This document shows, in pieces, positions 20,360 through 31,444 of a DNA stretch of 64,000 nt. The stretch covers positions 1,216,001 through 1,280,000 of the forward strand of contig OZ242326.1 in assembly GCA_965208325.1 (NCBI GenBank). Direction: 5' to 3'. Under the pieces are notes generated by a model that did no database searches, was not told the origin of the DNA, and saw nothing but the letters and a program-made list of their open reading frames with translations. Both the position numbers and the translations under genes were made by a program. Source of the stretch: Candidatus Poribacteria bacterium. GTDB lineage: Bacteria; Poribacteria; WGA-4E; PCPOR2b. Positions within the stretch are counted from its first letter, which is position 1; each line of letters opens with the position of its first letter.

Positions 20360-20501
20360 GATCAACTGAGCGAATAGCGAAGGCGATAGTCTTCAGCGTT
20401 GAAACCTCTCGACAATCAAATGGTTACCTGCTCCCCTAATCACACCCCATCATTTAATCACACGAATCACAGTTCAACCAGTCTCCATTACCACAATCTC
20501 A

Positions 20502-21410
20502 TCAATCGGTATACTCATATCCCCACGTTTGCGTCCAATTGGGAAGGTACCCTTCGGTTTCCTCAAACCCGTAGGACCTCGCAATTTGGCGAGAATGCAC
20601 GTGCGGCCACGCTTGACCGCCGATTAATCGAAATTCGTCTCCCTTGCCGGATAGCCAATAGAACATATGCGCAATGTATCTGGATAACTGATGCCCTCCG
20701 TAATAAGCCGTCTGAAAGTCGAAGTCGGGCTCGATGATCCAATCCCGCTTCGGCGGCACGGTTCGCCAGTAATTATATTTTAGCATGTGGCGGACGCCCT
20801 CTATTGTGGATTCTCCTTTGCGGTGCAAAATACTTTGATGATGAACAATCAGAGATCCCGCCGGGGCAGCGGTCGCAATTCCTTTGTCCCCTGCATGCCA
20901 CGGCTGAGGACGCAGATGCGACTCCGGCACAATCCCGGTAGGTCCTAATTCCACTGGGGTATCCTGTGGGTAGTAGAACACTTCGACAAAGTTAACCTCG
21001 GGCCCAAATATGCAGTCGTGGTCTTGATGCCAATTCTGAGGCGGCCCCGGACACTGAGCGCGGTGATGGCTAACTAGTATTGGCAAGCCGATTTGCCGCC
21101 CTAGCAGCGACCGCAACACACCCGTCAATTGCGGATTGAGCAACGCATGTTCAATAAACCAATCCTCAAGCAGAAGCGTGCTATTCGTGGCGTTGCGAAT
21201 TCGCTCCAAATCTTCAGTTGTCATCCCTTCAGGAATATAACTCGGATTAGCCGGTAGCCTACCTTCCAAATATTCAATTGCCCGCAGATTGATTTCATCG
21301 GGCACCACACCCTCCAAAATCACATACCCACTGCGGCAAAATTCAAGCACCTGTGAATCTGTTAGCGTCGGTTCACAGTCAAACGTCCTATTCTCTTTAT
21401 CGTATTTCAT
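20502..21410 (-). CDS. Phytanoyl-CoA dioxygenase (PhyH) family protein
   Basis: GYVILEGV, WHQD, VPESH, AGS, LHR, R.MLKY. Confidence 0.85.
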   Translation of the reverse strand: MKYDKENRTFDCEPTLTDSQVLEFCRSGYVILEGVVPDEINLRAIEYLEGRLPANPSYIPEGMTTEDLERIRNATNSTLLLEDWFIEHALLNPQLTGVLRSLLGRQIGLPILVSHHRAQCPGPPQNWHQDHDCIFGPEVNFVEVFYYPQDTPVELGPTGIVPESHLRPQPWHAGDKGIATAAPAGSLIVHHQSILHRKGESTIEGVRHMLKYNYWRTVPPKRDWIIEPDFDFQTAYYGGHQLSRYIAHMFYWLSGKGDEFRLIGGQAWPHVHSRQIARSYGFEETEGYLPNWTQTWGYEYTD

Positions 21411-21539
21411 TGTAGTTCCCCTCCATCGTTGAAAAGCATTTGGGATGATGTACTGCCGTTAAGGATGAGGTCTTGTATCAAATTTAGGTCCCATAGAACA
21501 CTGCCGCGCAACAATACAAAGAATTACAATAGCCGGTTC

Positions 21540-23153
21540 TCATAAGCTAAATTCACGCAAATAACGCAACTGTAATTCCAACTCATTGCTCCGTTTGCGC
21601 ACACCGTTCTGATGCGCTTTATTTCGCGTAATCACATGTTGATAAGTAAGATTCAGTTGCCACGATCGGAGCGGTTCATAAACAAGCCGAAATCCCGCAC
21701 CGTCTCGCCGCTCAACCACACCGGACGGATACGGAATCGATTCAGAATCTTCATTACGAAAGCGGTCTTGAACATCTGCCTCGCCTTGACGCTCGAATTC
21801 GTAGAAGACGGCGAAAAACGTATCGGCGTCAATTAGGTATTCGCCCCCCAGATAGAAGGTATCCGCATCGGTGCCGATACGATGGCCGATAAATGATCCG
21901 AAATGCGTGAATTGGTTCTCTTGCACGAGGTGCGTATACGCCCAACGATTCACGCGGGCGTACTCGCTACGAACGCTCAGTTTTTTTGATGCGAGCAGAC
22001 CGTTGCATTCCGCTCCCGCCAGCCACGCAACTGCGTTTGGATCGTTGGTATCCGCGTACTGAAAATCATCAATCAACCACTCACCGTACAATCGCGCACC
22101 ATCAATGGGGCGAATCGCTCCTTCGAACAGGAACATCACATTATCGTCAGTATCGGCGTTGTATTGGCTCGCATAATACGGCAGAATCGGATTCAGGTAT
22201 TGCCATTCAACATCTCTTGCATTGCCGCCGTACAGAATCAACTCGGAAATACCGACTTCGATTCGGTCGTTCACCTGCCAATCCAGACGGTGCCCTGCAA
22301 GATACCGATTTGCGAGGTACCGCCGCGTAGGGCCGTCCTGATCATGCCACATCTGATCCAACTGCGCCGTGAACGCCGTGCCTTTCACCCGCCCAAACCG
22401 TCCCGTTAACAGGATGAGGTCAAACGGCGGTGAGTTGTCAGAAATTCCAACCGCGCCCCGATTTCCCGTACCCCAAAAGATTTGGTCGCGGCCAATTAAG
22501 ACATCAATTTTAGAGACAGGGAATCGTAAGTAAACTCGTTTGAAATCCGCAGAGTAACCGCTGTGCCACGACTTTAAGCGTCTGGAAGCGGATCTTGATT
22601 CAATGGGATATTTTTCCGTAAACTTCCCAGCCTCGAATTCTTGATACAGTGTAATCCGCCTGCTTACGTGATAATGGAACGCCCCTTCGACCGCAGGCGA
22701 AATCTGTGAATCCGTTCTCGGTGTGCGCATCTGTGCCGCCCCGCGCATACGCAATCCATGTCCGGTTTTCGGTGCGGATAGGATGGCCAGTTCCCGCTCA
22801 AACTCAAGCTTTAACTTATCAAGCAAATGAACGTGGATTTGCGACGGGTCCACTCGCCCTTCAGCAATTCGCTCGTCCGCACGTGCAATCGCTTCCGCAA
22901 CCTCCCAACGTGTCCGGGGTCGCGTGTGCCGATGAAAACCGCCGGTTACGCCATCAGTTTCCAATTTCTCTAGAGCAGAATCGACCCAACCGTCAAAATG
23001 GAGCGGGGTGTTTGGAATGGCGTAAGTAGATTTTGCTGCAAAGAAGGCGATGCCGCCAACACAGATCAGAACGCTTAAGATCGATAGCGATTCCGCGCCG
23101 AAAAACCGTTTTTGGGGTGAGGAGCGTGGGAGTGAAGATCCAAGCCGTTTCAT
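21540..23153 (-). CDS. Capsule assembly Wzi family outer-membrane protein
   Basis: GRDQIFWG, SDNSPP, YLAGHRL, YGEWLIDD, GHRIGTDAD; beta-barrel-like C-terminus. Confidence 0.75.
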   Translation of the reverse strand: MKRLGSSLPRSSPQKRFFGAESLSILSVLICVGGIAFFAAKSTYAIPNTPLHFDGWVDSALEKLETDGVTGGFHRHTRPRTRWEVAEAIARADERIAEGRVDPSQIHVHLLDKLKLEFERELAILSAPKTGHGLRMRGAAQMRTPRTDSQISPAVEGAFHYHVSRRITLYQEFEAGKFTEKYPIESRSASRRLKSWHSGYSADFKRVYLRFPVSKIDVLIGRDQIFWGTGNRGAVGISDNSPPFDLILLTGRFGRVKGTAFTAQLDQMWHDQDGPTRRYLANRYLAGHRLDWQVNDRIEVGISELILYGGNARDVEWQYLNPILPYYASQYNADTDDNVMFLFEGAIRPIDGARLYGEWLIDDFQYADTNDPNAVAWLAGAECNGLLASKKLSVRSEYARVNRWAYTHLVQENQFTHFGSFIGHRIGTDADTFYLGGEYLIDADTFFAVFYEFERQGEADVQDRFRNEDSESIPYPSGVVERRDGAGFRLVYEPLRSWQLNLTYQHVITRNKAHQNGVRKRSNELELQLRYLREFSL

Positions 23154-23258
23154 CGCATATCAGCTTAATCGAATTTCGGACAAAAGTCAAACACGATTAC
23201 CACCCGGTTTCTGCCGCTCAAGCCTACCCGCCACGTCTCGCACCTTGCGCACCCAACT

Positions 23259-25640
23259 TTAGTCGCCTCCCGAAAGTTTCGGCTTATTCAGGCTGATTGT
23301 CGTGTATCGGTCCTCCCCCTCTACTATCTGGATAAACTGATTCGACGCGACATTGTGAAATGTCTGCGTGTTGCCGGTAGTTGGCCAAAATATCTCTAAG
23401 TGCTCAATGTTCGATGCACTCCCTAACCCGATGGCTTGCCGTAACGGGTTCGCACCAAAAGTGCCGCCGCTGTTAACGTGCTTGTAGATGGATCGGCCAT
23501 CCCCGTTTTCGACGACTTTTGCACAGATGCGCACGCCGATTGCCGATCGGTTCGATCGAACGCCTATGAGTTTTATCGTAATCCAATGATTATCGAAACC
23601 CGGATTTTCATACAACACGTTATTGTATGCGTCGCCCGGCAGTGCACCGCCCATCTGCTCAAATACATCCTGATCGCCGTCGTTGTCAAGATCAGCGAAG
23701 ACCGCCCCGTGCCCTTTCTGCACGTGGCTGAACCCGCCGGCAACACTCACATCTACGAACCGTTTCCCGCCCTGATTCCGGCACATCACGTTCGGCATGA
23801 TATTCTCATAGTCCGGGTATCCGGTGCCAAGATAAAAATCGAGGAAGCCGTCGTTGTCCAAATCGCCGAAGTTAGACCCCATCGGCGCTGTGGGGCGAAT
23901 CAAGTTATATTGCCGTGCGACTTCATCAAATCCCCCGGTACTGTTCCCGCGGTAAAGACACGCAAATTCTGTTTCCACCGGAATATCCAGCCAACTCGCC
24001 GCAAGGTGTTCGATGTTGGCGGAATATGCCGACACATACAAATCAAGTCGCCCGTCATTGTCAAAGTCCCAAAACCAAGCAGGAAAACTGACCTCGGGCA
24101 GGTCAACATTCAGTTTTCGCGCGACATTCGTAAATGTGCCGTCCCTATTGTTGTGATATAGTCGATTCCCGCCTTTATAATTGGATATGTACAAATCTAG
24201 CCAACCATCGCCATCGTAGTCGCCCCAGATTGCCGATTTCGAGAACCGATAATTCCGTACGCCCGCCTTAGCAGCCAGATCGGTGAATGTCCCGTCGCCG
24301 TTGTTGCGAAACAGTTGGCACGGCGCACGCAGCGCTTTGGAAGATTCGTTGCCAATGTACAAATCGAGATAACCGTCATTGTCGTAATCGCCCCAAGACG
24401 CTGTACCGCTGGGATAATACGCCGCACCCAGACCCGATTCGAAAGTGACATCCGTGAATGTGCCCTCCCCATTGTTGCGTAATAAGGAGTTCGGGTGTTG
24501 TCCTTCGTTCTCAATCCATGCGCCGCGTAGAACGAGGATATCAGTATCCCCATCGTTGTCATAGTCCGCTTGAACCATGTTCAACCCGCCGTATAGTCCT
24601 ATCAGCCCGGCTTCCATCGTCCGTTCCGTGAACGTCCCGTCCTGGTTGTTTCTGAAAAAACGAAGCTGACCGTCGGTATCCCACGTCGATGTCACAATAT
24701 CAAGGTAGTCATCATTGTCAAAATCGTCGATAACCGCACCGCCTGACAAATCAAACGTATCCAGCCCCAGTCTCGGCGCAACATTCGCAAAGCGCGGAAA
24801 TTCTTCCTCCGACTCAAAGGCTATTGGCGGAATAAGATAAGACTCGGGCACCCGATCGGGATAGCCCCCGATTGTCATATACGCAATGTTTATCAACCAT
24901 TGGGCGCCCAGATGAAGTGACGCCCGTTGCGGTGTTCGTTGGAGCACCTCCCCGAAAAATGCAATCGCTTTTAGGGAAGATTCTTGCTGCGTATGAATTC
25001 CGCCGCCTCGTAGTGGTAAAATACAGCTCTCCGGTCTGTTGCGTAGGCAGCAATTCTCTGTTTCGCCGCGCCGCATGTAAGCCACGCCAAGACGATAGTG
25101 AGTATGATTCAACACCTCCACCGGAACCGCATCCTGTTGTGTCCGCGTGAGGTGAAGTGCGCGCTCAAGATATTCAATTCCTTCTAGTTCATGCCCCAAG
25201 TGGAGTAATTCGTGTCCCAATTGCATATAAGCCATCCATTTCGTCCGATCGGATGTTCCTGCTGGAAACTCGGCAATCTGCTTACGTAGCGTGCGTGCTT
25301 TTGCATCTCCCAAGAAGGAGTTTTCGTCCGGCGTTTCATCCGCTATCTGCTGCAGCAATTTCAGCATCCGTTTGTGCCCCGGCGGTGCAGTAGGGGAAGA
25401 CTTCTCCGCAGGCATTGATACCGCCGCTGTCGTAGCCGCCGATGCTGAACCTTTTTCGCCAGAGGAATTTTCACCTGCGGCAGGCGAACTTCCCATGCCA
25501 ACACCCGCCGTCCAGAGGACTATAAAAACTCCAAAAACCACTCTACAGGAAACGAATGCCGTTTGCCGCAATCCATCAGATGTATTCAACTCACCGCTAT
25601 GTGGAGATGGTTCAGTTTTGGGGAACTTTAATTTCGCCAT
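23259..25640 (-). CDS. CRTAC1-like protein: TPR-like N-terminus, FG-GAP/VCBS repeats, ASPIC/UnbV domain
   Basis: Repeated DYDNDG/DFDNDG motifs, SNRSAIG, GLG...LEIFWP. Confidence 0.9.
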   Translation of the reverse strand: MAKLKFPKTEPSPHSGELNTSDGLRQTAFVSCRVVFGVFIVLWTAGVGMGSSPAAGENSSGEKGSASAATTAAVSMPAEKSSPTAPPGHKRMLKLLQQIADETPDENSFLGDAKARTLRKQIAEFPAGTSDRTKWMAYMQLGHELLHLGHELEGIEYLERALHLTRTQQDAVPVEVLNHTHYRLGVAYMRRGETENCCLRNRPESCILPLRGGGIHTQQESSLKAIAFFGEVLQRTPQRASLHLGAQWLINIAYMTIGGYPDRVPESYLIPPIAFESEEEFPRFANVAPRLGLDTFDLSGGAVIDDFDNDDYLDIVTSTWDTDGQLRFFRNNQDGTFTERTMEAGLIGLYGGLNMVQADYDNDGDTDILVLRGAWIENEGQHPNSLLRNNGEGTFTDVTFESGLGAAYYPSGTASWGDYDNDGYLDLYIGNESSKALRAPCQLFRNNGDGTFTDLAAKAGVRNYRFSKSAIWGDYDGDGWLDLYISNYKGGNRLYHNNRDGTFTNVARKLNVDLPEVSFPAWFWDFDNDGRLDLYVSAYSANIEHLAASWLDIPVETEFACLYRGNSTGGFDEVARQYNLIRPTAPMGSNFGDLDNDGFLDFYLGTGYPDYENIMPNVMCRNQGGKRFVDVSVAGGFSHVQKGHGAVFADLDNDGDQDVFEQMGGALPGDAYNNVLYENPGFDNHWITIKLIGVRSNRSAIGVRICAKVVENGDGRSIYKHVNSGGTFGANPLRQAIGLGSASNIEHLEIFWPTTGNTQTFHNVASNQFIQIVEGEDRYTTISLNKPKLSGGD

Positions 25641-25866
25641 AATTTTCTTTCAGTGCGGGCATCTTGAGTCTTCGTTTGAGATGATATTATATGCGGAAAG
25701 GCTATTATTTTCAATATAATTAAATTCTGGGATTCATAAATCCGCTGCGATCTCGACAATTCGCCGCCCAACTGACGACAGCTTCGGCCGAATCACGATA
25801 GCCAAGGACGCATTAACAACCACGCGATTGGCGTAACGCCTTGCCGATGCGCGTTTTTATGTTTTT

Positions 25867-25896
25867 TTGCATTGTTACCCGCTATATAGGTATAAT
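25867..25896 (+). promoter_or_regulatory. Putative sigma70 promoter
   Basis: TTGCAT-N18-TATAAT upstream of the PhyH-leuS-rnj run. Confidence 0.45.
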
Positions 25897-26139
25897 AGTA
25901 TTTTGAACTTGGCGCGAGTCAATCGAAAATGACGCATGAGCCGGCAAGCAGGCGATATGCGCCAGCATGCATAGCATACCCGCCGCAAGCTAGGCTAACT
26001 TCAAGAAACGAATCTCAGCATCACGTGAAACTCCTTAGGATGGCTAAAGGAGTGAAAACGAGAGGGGGAGAAAACGAGAAGGCGAGTACAAGCAATTCCC
26101 CGTCTTCCCGTCTTCTCCATCATAATGGGGGTAGAGCAA

Positions 26140-26898
26140 ATGTCTACGACTACCGACCTTAACGCCGCGATTGATCACCTAACCGTCTACGGCTACTGTA
26201 TATTGGAAAACCGCATTCCCGAGGACATGGCGCTGAGCATGGCTGAGCGATTCCTCGAATTGCACGCAGACCCGCAGTGGAATTCTTTCAAGATTGGTGA
26301 CGAATACTATCAGACACTGTTTGGGATGCTGAACCTTGACGACCGTGTATGGAACTGTTCCGGCCATCCCGACGTGGTCGCAATCGCAGAGCATTTTCTG
26401 GGGCCAAACTGTCGAATCCCCGATGCGTGTTCCAAGCCAACTTGGCCCGGTGCGCCGCACGGACCGTTGCACGTTGATTCCGCCAGCACTTTCGCTAGGG
26501 TGCCGAGTGTGCCGTGGATGATTAACGGTATGTGGATGTTGACGGAGTTCACCGAAGAAAACGGTGCAACTGGCGTCGTGCCGCTGAGCCACCGCACGCG
26601 CTTGCACGGTCCGCCGCCGGAAATTACGCCCGACAGTCCGCTAATTAAGCCTATCACCGGACGTCCCGGTACCGTGATGTTGTGGCATGCCGGACTATTC
26701 CACATGTCGCGCGCCAACACCACATCCGACGAAATTCGGGTCGGGCTGAATTCAGGTTACTGCCCACGCTGGTTCAACAATTGGGCTGAAGGATGCCATC
26801 AGCCGGTTTGGCCCGAAACATACGAGCGAATGCCGCCCGAAATGAGGCGTCTGTGTCCAGGCCGTCTCGGACGAAACCGCGCAGAGCTTTACGAATAA
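26140..26898 (+). CDS. Phytanoyl-CoA dioxygenase (PhyH) family protein
   Basis: YGYCILEN, LHVD, FTEENGAT, VPLSH, FHMSRAN. Confidence 0.9.
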   Translation: MSTTTDLNAAIDHLTVYGYCILENRIPEDMALSMAERFLELHADPQWNSFKIGDEYYQTLFGMLNLDDRVWNCSGHPDVVAIAEHFLGPNCRIPDACSKPTWPGAPHGPLHVDSASTFARVPSVPWMINGMWMLTEFTEENGATGVVPLSHRTRLHGPPPEITPDSPLIKPITGRPGTVMLWHAGLFHMSRANTTSDEIRVGLNSGYCPRWFNNWAEGCHQPVWPETYERMPPEMRRLCPGRLGRNRAELYE

Positions 26899-26912
26899 CA
26901 ACCCATGCACCC

Positions 26913-26950
26913 GTAGGAGCGATTTCCAAATCGCGGCTTCGCCAACCTAC
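26913..26950 (+). repeat. REP-like repeat family A copy followed by an inverted GTAG end
   Basis: GTAGGAGCGATTTCCAAATCGCG followed by GCCAACCTAC (reverse complement GTAGGTTGGC). Confidence 0.7.
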
Positions 26951-27026
26951 ATTATCCCGGTTGAATTCTGGGATAATTCCGCAACGAAGCGCCTAATATT
27001 TACGAGTTGAATTAAGGAGCGCCTTA

Positions 27027-29579
27027 ATGCCAAAACACATGTACAATCCCGCCGCCATTGAACCGAAATGGCAGAGCATTTGGGAGAAACGTGAGACCTT
27101 TCGCATACCCAACGACCCCGAGGCATGGAAAGGAAAACCAAAATTTTACATACTAGGCATGTTCCCGTACGTTTCAGGCTCCGGCTTGCATGTCGGCCAT
27201 CCCAAGGGGTATCTTGCGACTGACGTCATCGCCAACATGCGGCGAATGCAGGGCTACAATGTCCTCCACCCGATGGGTTGGGACGCCTTTGGGCTCCCGG
27301 CGGAACGCGCCGCTGAACGCGGGAACGTACACCCCGCGGCAATCACCGAAAAAATGGTGGACATGTTCCGCAGGCAAATCAAGCGGCTCGGATTCTCATA
27401 TGACTGGAGTCGGGAAATTAACACCTCCGCCCCTGAATATTACAGATGGACGCAGTGGATTTTCCTCAAACTCTACGAGAAAGGCCTCGCATACCTTGAA
27501 GATGTACCCGTTAATTGGTGTCCTGCGCTCGGCACAGTCCTCGCCAACGAAGAGGTAAAAGACGGGAAATACATCGAAACCGGCGACCCCATTGAAAGGC
27601 GTCACATGCGCCAATGGATGCTGAAAATTACAGCCTATGCCGAGCGGTTACTCGAAGACCTGAATCAACTGGATTGGCCCGAAAGTCTCAAAGAGATGCA
27701 ACGGAATTGGATCGGAAAATCGGAGGGCGCAGATATACAATTCTCCATAAAGGACACCCATCTCACTTTTACGGTGTTCACAACCCGGCCGGACACACTC
27801 TTCGGTGCCACATACTGTGTCTTTGCTCCCGAACACCCGATCGTTTCACAGATTGTGTCCGATGACCGAAAGGACGCGGTCAAGGCGTACATCGCAGAAA
27901 CCAAGAACAAATCCGACCTTCAGCGAACCGATCTCGCGACAGAAAAGACAGGGGTTTTCACGGGCGCCTACGCAATCAATCCCTCCAACAATGCCGCAAT
28001 TCCAATTTGGATCGCCGACTATGTGCTGATTTCCTACGGCACTGGCGCCATCATGGCTGTGCCGGGGCACGATGAACGCGATCACGAATTTGCTGCCGCG
28101 TTTAACATCCCCATCGTCGAAGTCATCAGTGGCGGCGAGAACCCGATTAAGGTTGTACCATTCACCGACGACGGTATCTGTGTGAACAGCGGTTTCCTCA
28201 ACGGCTTGGGTGGCGCGGACGCAAAAGAAAAGATGATTGAATGGCTTGAACAGCAAAACAAAGGCAAGCGGCAGGTGCAGTATCGCTTGCGCGACTGGCT
28301 ATTTTCCCGCCAGCGTTACTGGGGGGAGCCATTCCCAATTGCGCATCTCGAAGACGGAACCATTGCTACCATTCCTGAAGGCGGGCTTCCCGTGGAACTT
28401 CCATCAATTGATGAATACCGGCCCACGCCCGATGGTAAACCTCCCCTTGCCCGTGCGGAGGATGACTGGCTTACGGTGTCCCTCCCTGACGGGCGTGTTG
28501 GAATGCGAGAAACCAATACTATGCCGCAATGGGCAGGTTCCTGTTGGTACTATTTGCGGTATATCGATACGCAGAACCGTGACGCGCCGTGGTCTGCCGA
28601 AGCGGAACAGTACTGGCTGCCGGTTGACCTATACATCGGCGGCGCCGAGCACGCTGTATTGCATCTTCTCTACGCACGGTTCTGGCACAAAGTGTTGTTC
28701 GACTGCGGACTTGTGTCCACGAACGAACCGTTTCAAAACCTCTTCAATCAGGGGACAATTCTTGCTGAATCCTATCAGGACGATAACGGAAAATACTACT
28801 ATCCTCACGACGTCGAGAAAAAGGGCGAAAAATGGTTCGTTAAGGCATCTGATAGACCTGTCAATACTCAGCTTGAGAAGATGAGCAAGTCCAAATTCAA
28901 CGTCGTGAACCCAGACGATGTCATTGACCAATACGGTGCGGATGCGGTGCGGCTCTACGAACTTTTCATCGGTCCTTTGAGCGTCAGTACGCCGTGGCAG
29001 ACCGCCGGCGTAGAAGGCGTGTACCGCTTCCTCAACCGCGTCTGGAGGCTGGTCATTGACCAACACACGGGGGAATTGAGTAAGAAATTAACGGACGCTC
29101 CCGGCGACAGCGATGAAACATTGTGGAAAGCATTGCACCAGACCATCAAAGTCGTAACGGAGGACACAGAATCCATAGACAAGTTAAACACGGCCATTAG
29201 CCAGATGATGGTGTTTGTCAACACCGCGACGCAATCCCGTACGTTGCCCAAAGAGTCGATAAGCACCTTTCTCCGGTTGCTTTTCCCGTACGCGCCGCAC
29301 ATCGCCGAAGAACTGTGGGAACGTCTAGGCAACACCGATCTGGTCGCGAAGGCGTCATGGCCAAAATATGTTCCAAAAGCGCTCATCCGGGAACAGGTAA
29401 CAATCGTCGTCCAAGTCAACGGAAAACTGCGCAGCCGAATTCAACTGCCCATGGACTCGGGCCGCGAAGAAGCTGAAACTGCCGCGCTTGCGGACGAACG
29501 CATCCAAACCCATGTTGCCGGGAAAACCATACGCAAAGTGATTGTCGTACCGAACCGGCTGATTAACATCGTCGTGTAA
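27027..29579 (+). CDS. leuS: Leucine--tRNA ligase
   Basis: [53 protein letters not shown]. Confidence 0.98.
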   Translation: MPKHMYNPAAIEPKWQSIWEKRETFRIPNDPEAWKGKPKFYILGMFPYVSGSGLHVGHPKGYLATDVIANMRRMQGYNVLHPMGWDAFGLPAERAAERGNVHPAAITEKMVDMFRRQIKRLGFSYDWSREINTSAPEYYRWTQWIFLKLYEKGLAYLEDVPVNWCPALGTVLANEEVKDGKYIETGDPIERRHMRQWMLKITAYAERLLEDLNQLDWPESLKEMQRNWIGKSEGADIQFSIKDTHLTFTVFTTRPDTLFGATYCVFAPEHPIVSQIVSDDRKDAVKAYIAETKNKSDLQRTDLATEKTGVFTGAYAINPSNNAAIPIWIADYVLISYGTGAIMAVPGHDERDHEFAAAFNIPIVEVISGGENPIKVVPFTDDGICVNSGFLNGLGGADAKEKMIEWLEQQNKGKRQVQYRLRDWLFSRQRYWGEPFPIAHLEDGTIATIPEGGLPVELPSIDEYRPTPDGKPPLARAEDDWLTVSLPDGRVGMRETNTMPQWAGSCWYYLRYIDTQNRDAPWSAEAEQYWLPVDLYIGGAEHAVLHLLYARFWHKVLFDCGLVSTNEPFQNLFNQGTILAESYQDDNGKYYYPHDVEKKGEKWFVKASDRPVNTQLEKMSKSKFNVVNPDDVIDQYGADAVRLYELFIGPLSVSTPWQTAGVEGVYRFLNRVWRLVIDQHTGELSKKLTDAPGDSDETLWKALHQTIKVVTEDTESIDKLNTAISQMMVFVNTATQSRTLPKESISTFLRLLFPYAPHIAEELWERLGNTDLVAKASWPKYVPKALIREQVTIVVQVNGKLRSRIQLPMDSGREEAETAALADERIQTHVAGKTIRKVIVVPNRLINIVV

Positions 29580-29659
29580 CCCGCGCGGATTTCACAACGA
29601 ATATCATAATTCGCAAGGGTTCATCATTCGTCATAAAACCGAGGAGGAAATCGAAAGTA

Positions 29660-31330
29660 ATGTCTGAAACCCAAAATGAAGGCGTACTTATCACTCCCAT
29701 CGGCGGTCTGGGAGAGTTCGGCTTGAACATGATGACCTATGAGTACGCCGACGACCTCATCATCATTGACGCTGGCATAATGTTTCCCGAGGCAGACACT
29801 CCGGGCGTAGATTTGGTTGTACCCGATATAACATATCTAATCGAGAATCGGCGCAAAATCCGCGGAATCGTGGTCACACACGCGCACGAAGATCATACCG
29901 GTGCACTCGCGTTTCTGCTGCGCCAAATAAACATCCCGGTCTACGGCACCGAACTCACGCTAGCGCTCGCGCAGCGTAGATTGCAGGAGTACGACGTCTT
30001 AAAGAATGCCCAACTCAGCGTCATCAATCCGGATCACCCTTTGAAACTTGGATGCTTCACGCTTGAATTCATCCATGTGGCGCATAGTATTCCCGGCACA
30101 GTATCAGTCGCCCTTCATTCCCCGGTCGGTACAATCGTACATACCGCCGACTTTAAGTTTGACCTCACTCCCGTCGACAATCGCCGCACCGAAATACACA
30201 AACTTGCTATCCTTGGAGAAAAAGGTGTGCTGTTGCTGGTTTCGGATAGCACCAATGCTGACCGCCCCGGTTTCACGCCCTCTGAGCGCGCCATTTACTC
30301 AGACATGGACGCAATTTTTCAGAGCGTTGACCGCCGCCTCTTCCTATCAACCTTTTCATCTAGCTTACACCGCATCCAGCAATTCATCGATCTCGCCGTA
30401 CTTCATCGCCGCCTCATAGCCGTCACCGGACGTTCCATGGTAAACAACATTCGAATCGCTTCAGAGTTAGGTTACTTAACCGTGCCCCCAGACCTCCTCA
30501 TCGATCCTCGAGAGGTGAAGCAGTTTCGGCCCCACGAGGTCGTGGTCTTGAGCACTGGCAGCCAAGGCGAACCGCGTTCCGCTATGGCGTTGATGGCGAT
30601 GAACAATCACGCATTTCTGAATATTGAACCCCAGGACACAGTGGTACTATCCGCCCGTATCATCCCGGGCAATGAGCGGTCGGTCGGGCACATGATAAAT
30701 CACCTACTTCGGCGAGGCGCACGCGTCCACCACGAGAAAAACGCCGATGTCCATGTGTCCGGACACGGCGCACGGGAAGATCTCAAGTTGATGATTAACC
30801 TCGTGCGCCCCAAATATTTTGTGCCGATGCACGGTGAATACAGCCATCTTGTTCATCATGCCGAAATCGCTGAGGAGATTGGAATTCCCTACGAAAATAT
30901 CACAGTGGCTGAAAACGGCGATCAGCTACTCCTAAACCCCGACTTCTGCGGCATCCAAGCGCGCGTTCAATCGGGACGCGTTTTCGTTGATGGCAAGCTG
31001 GAAATGGGAGTTGAGGACATGGTGTTGCATGATCGGCAGGCGCTCTCGCAGGACGGCATGGTCATCCCGATTGTTGTGCTCGATCGCAACACCGGCAAAA
31101 TCGCCGCGGGCCCCGACATGGTTTCGCGCGGCTTTGTTTACATGGACGATTCAAAACCGCTCATAGACGAAGCCAAAGAAATCGTCATCAATTCCATAGA
31201 CGCACTTAGCGAAGAGGTCAAAAGTGAAACGGAGACCGTGCAAGAGGAAATCCGTATAGTCCTCCGCCGTTTCTTCTCAAAACGCACAAAACGCCGCCCC
31301 ATGGTGCTCCCCGTTGTCATGCGCGTCTAA
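29660..31330 (+). CDS. rnj: Ribonuclease J
   Basis: GGLGEFGLNM, THAHEDH, DSTNA, GSQGEP, HVSGH, PMHGE. Confidence 0.97.
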   Translation: MSETQNEGVLITPIGGLGEFGLNMMTYEYADDLIIIDAGIMFPEADTPGVDLVVPDITYLIENRRKIRGIVVTHAHEDHTGALAFLLRQINIPVYGTELTLALAQRRLQEYDVLKNAQLSVINPDHPLKLGCFTLEFIHVAHSIPGTVSVALHSPVGTIVHTADFKFDLTPVDNRRTEIHKLAILGEKGVLLLVSDSTNADRPGFTPSERAIYSDMDAIFQSVDRRLFLSTFSSSLHRIQQFIDLAVLHRRLIAVTGRSMVNNIRIASELGYLTVPPDLLIDPREVKQFRPHEVVVLSTGSQGEPRSAMALMAMNNHAFLNIEPQDTVVLSARIIPGNERSVGHMINHLLRRGARVHHEKNADVHVSGHGAREDLKLMINLVRPKYFVPMHGEYSHLVHHAEIAEEIGIPYENITVAENGDQLLLNPDFCGIQARVQSGRVFVDGKLEMGVEDMVLHDRQALSQDGMVIPIVVLDRNTGKIAAGPDMVSRGFVYMDDSKPLIDEAKEIVINSIDALSEEVKSETETVQEEIRIVLRRFFSKRTKRRPMVLPVVMRV

Positions 31331-31349
31331 TCGTAAGCGCTCAATCCCG

Positions 31350-31426
31350 GTAGGAGCGATCTCCGAATCGCGACACATACTCCCTTTATCGCAGCCAATC
31401 ATTCAATCTCAAAAATCACAGTTCAG
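31350..31426 (+). repeat. REP-like repeat family A copy (full length with AATCAC tail)
   Basis: GTAGGAGCGATCTCCGAATCGCGACACATACTCCC...AATCACAGTTCAG. Confidence 0.8.
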
Positions 31427-31444
31427 ATAATTAAGGGATACCCA

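Noticed and set aside
20399..20737. 112-aa ORF with NHTNHS repeats
   Set aside because: Translation of the AATCAC repeat tail; it overlaps the PhyH gene on the other strand.
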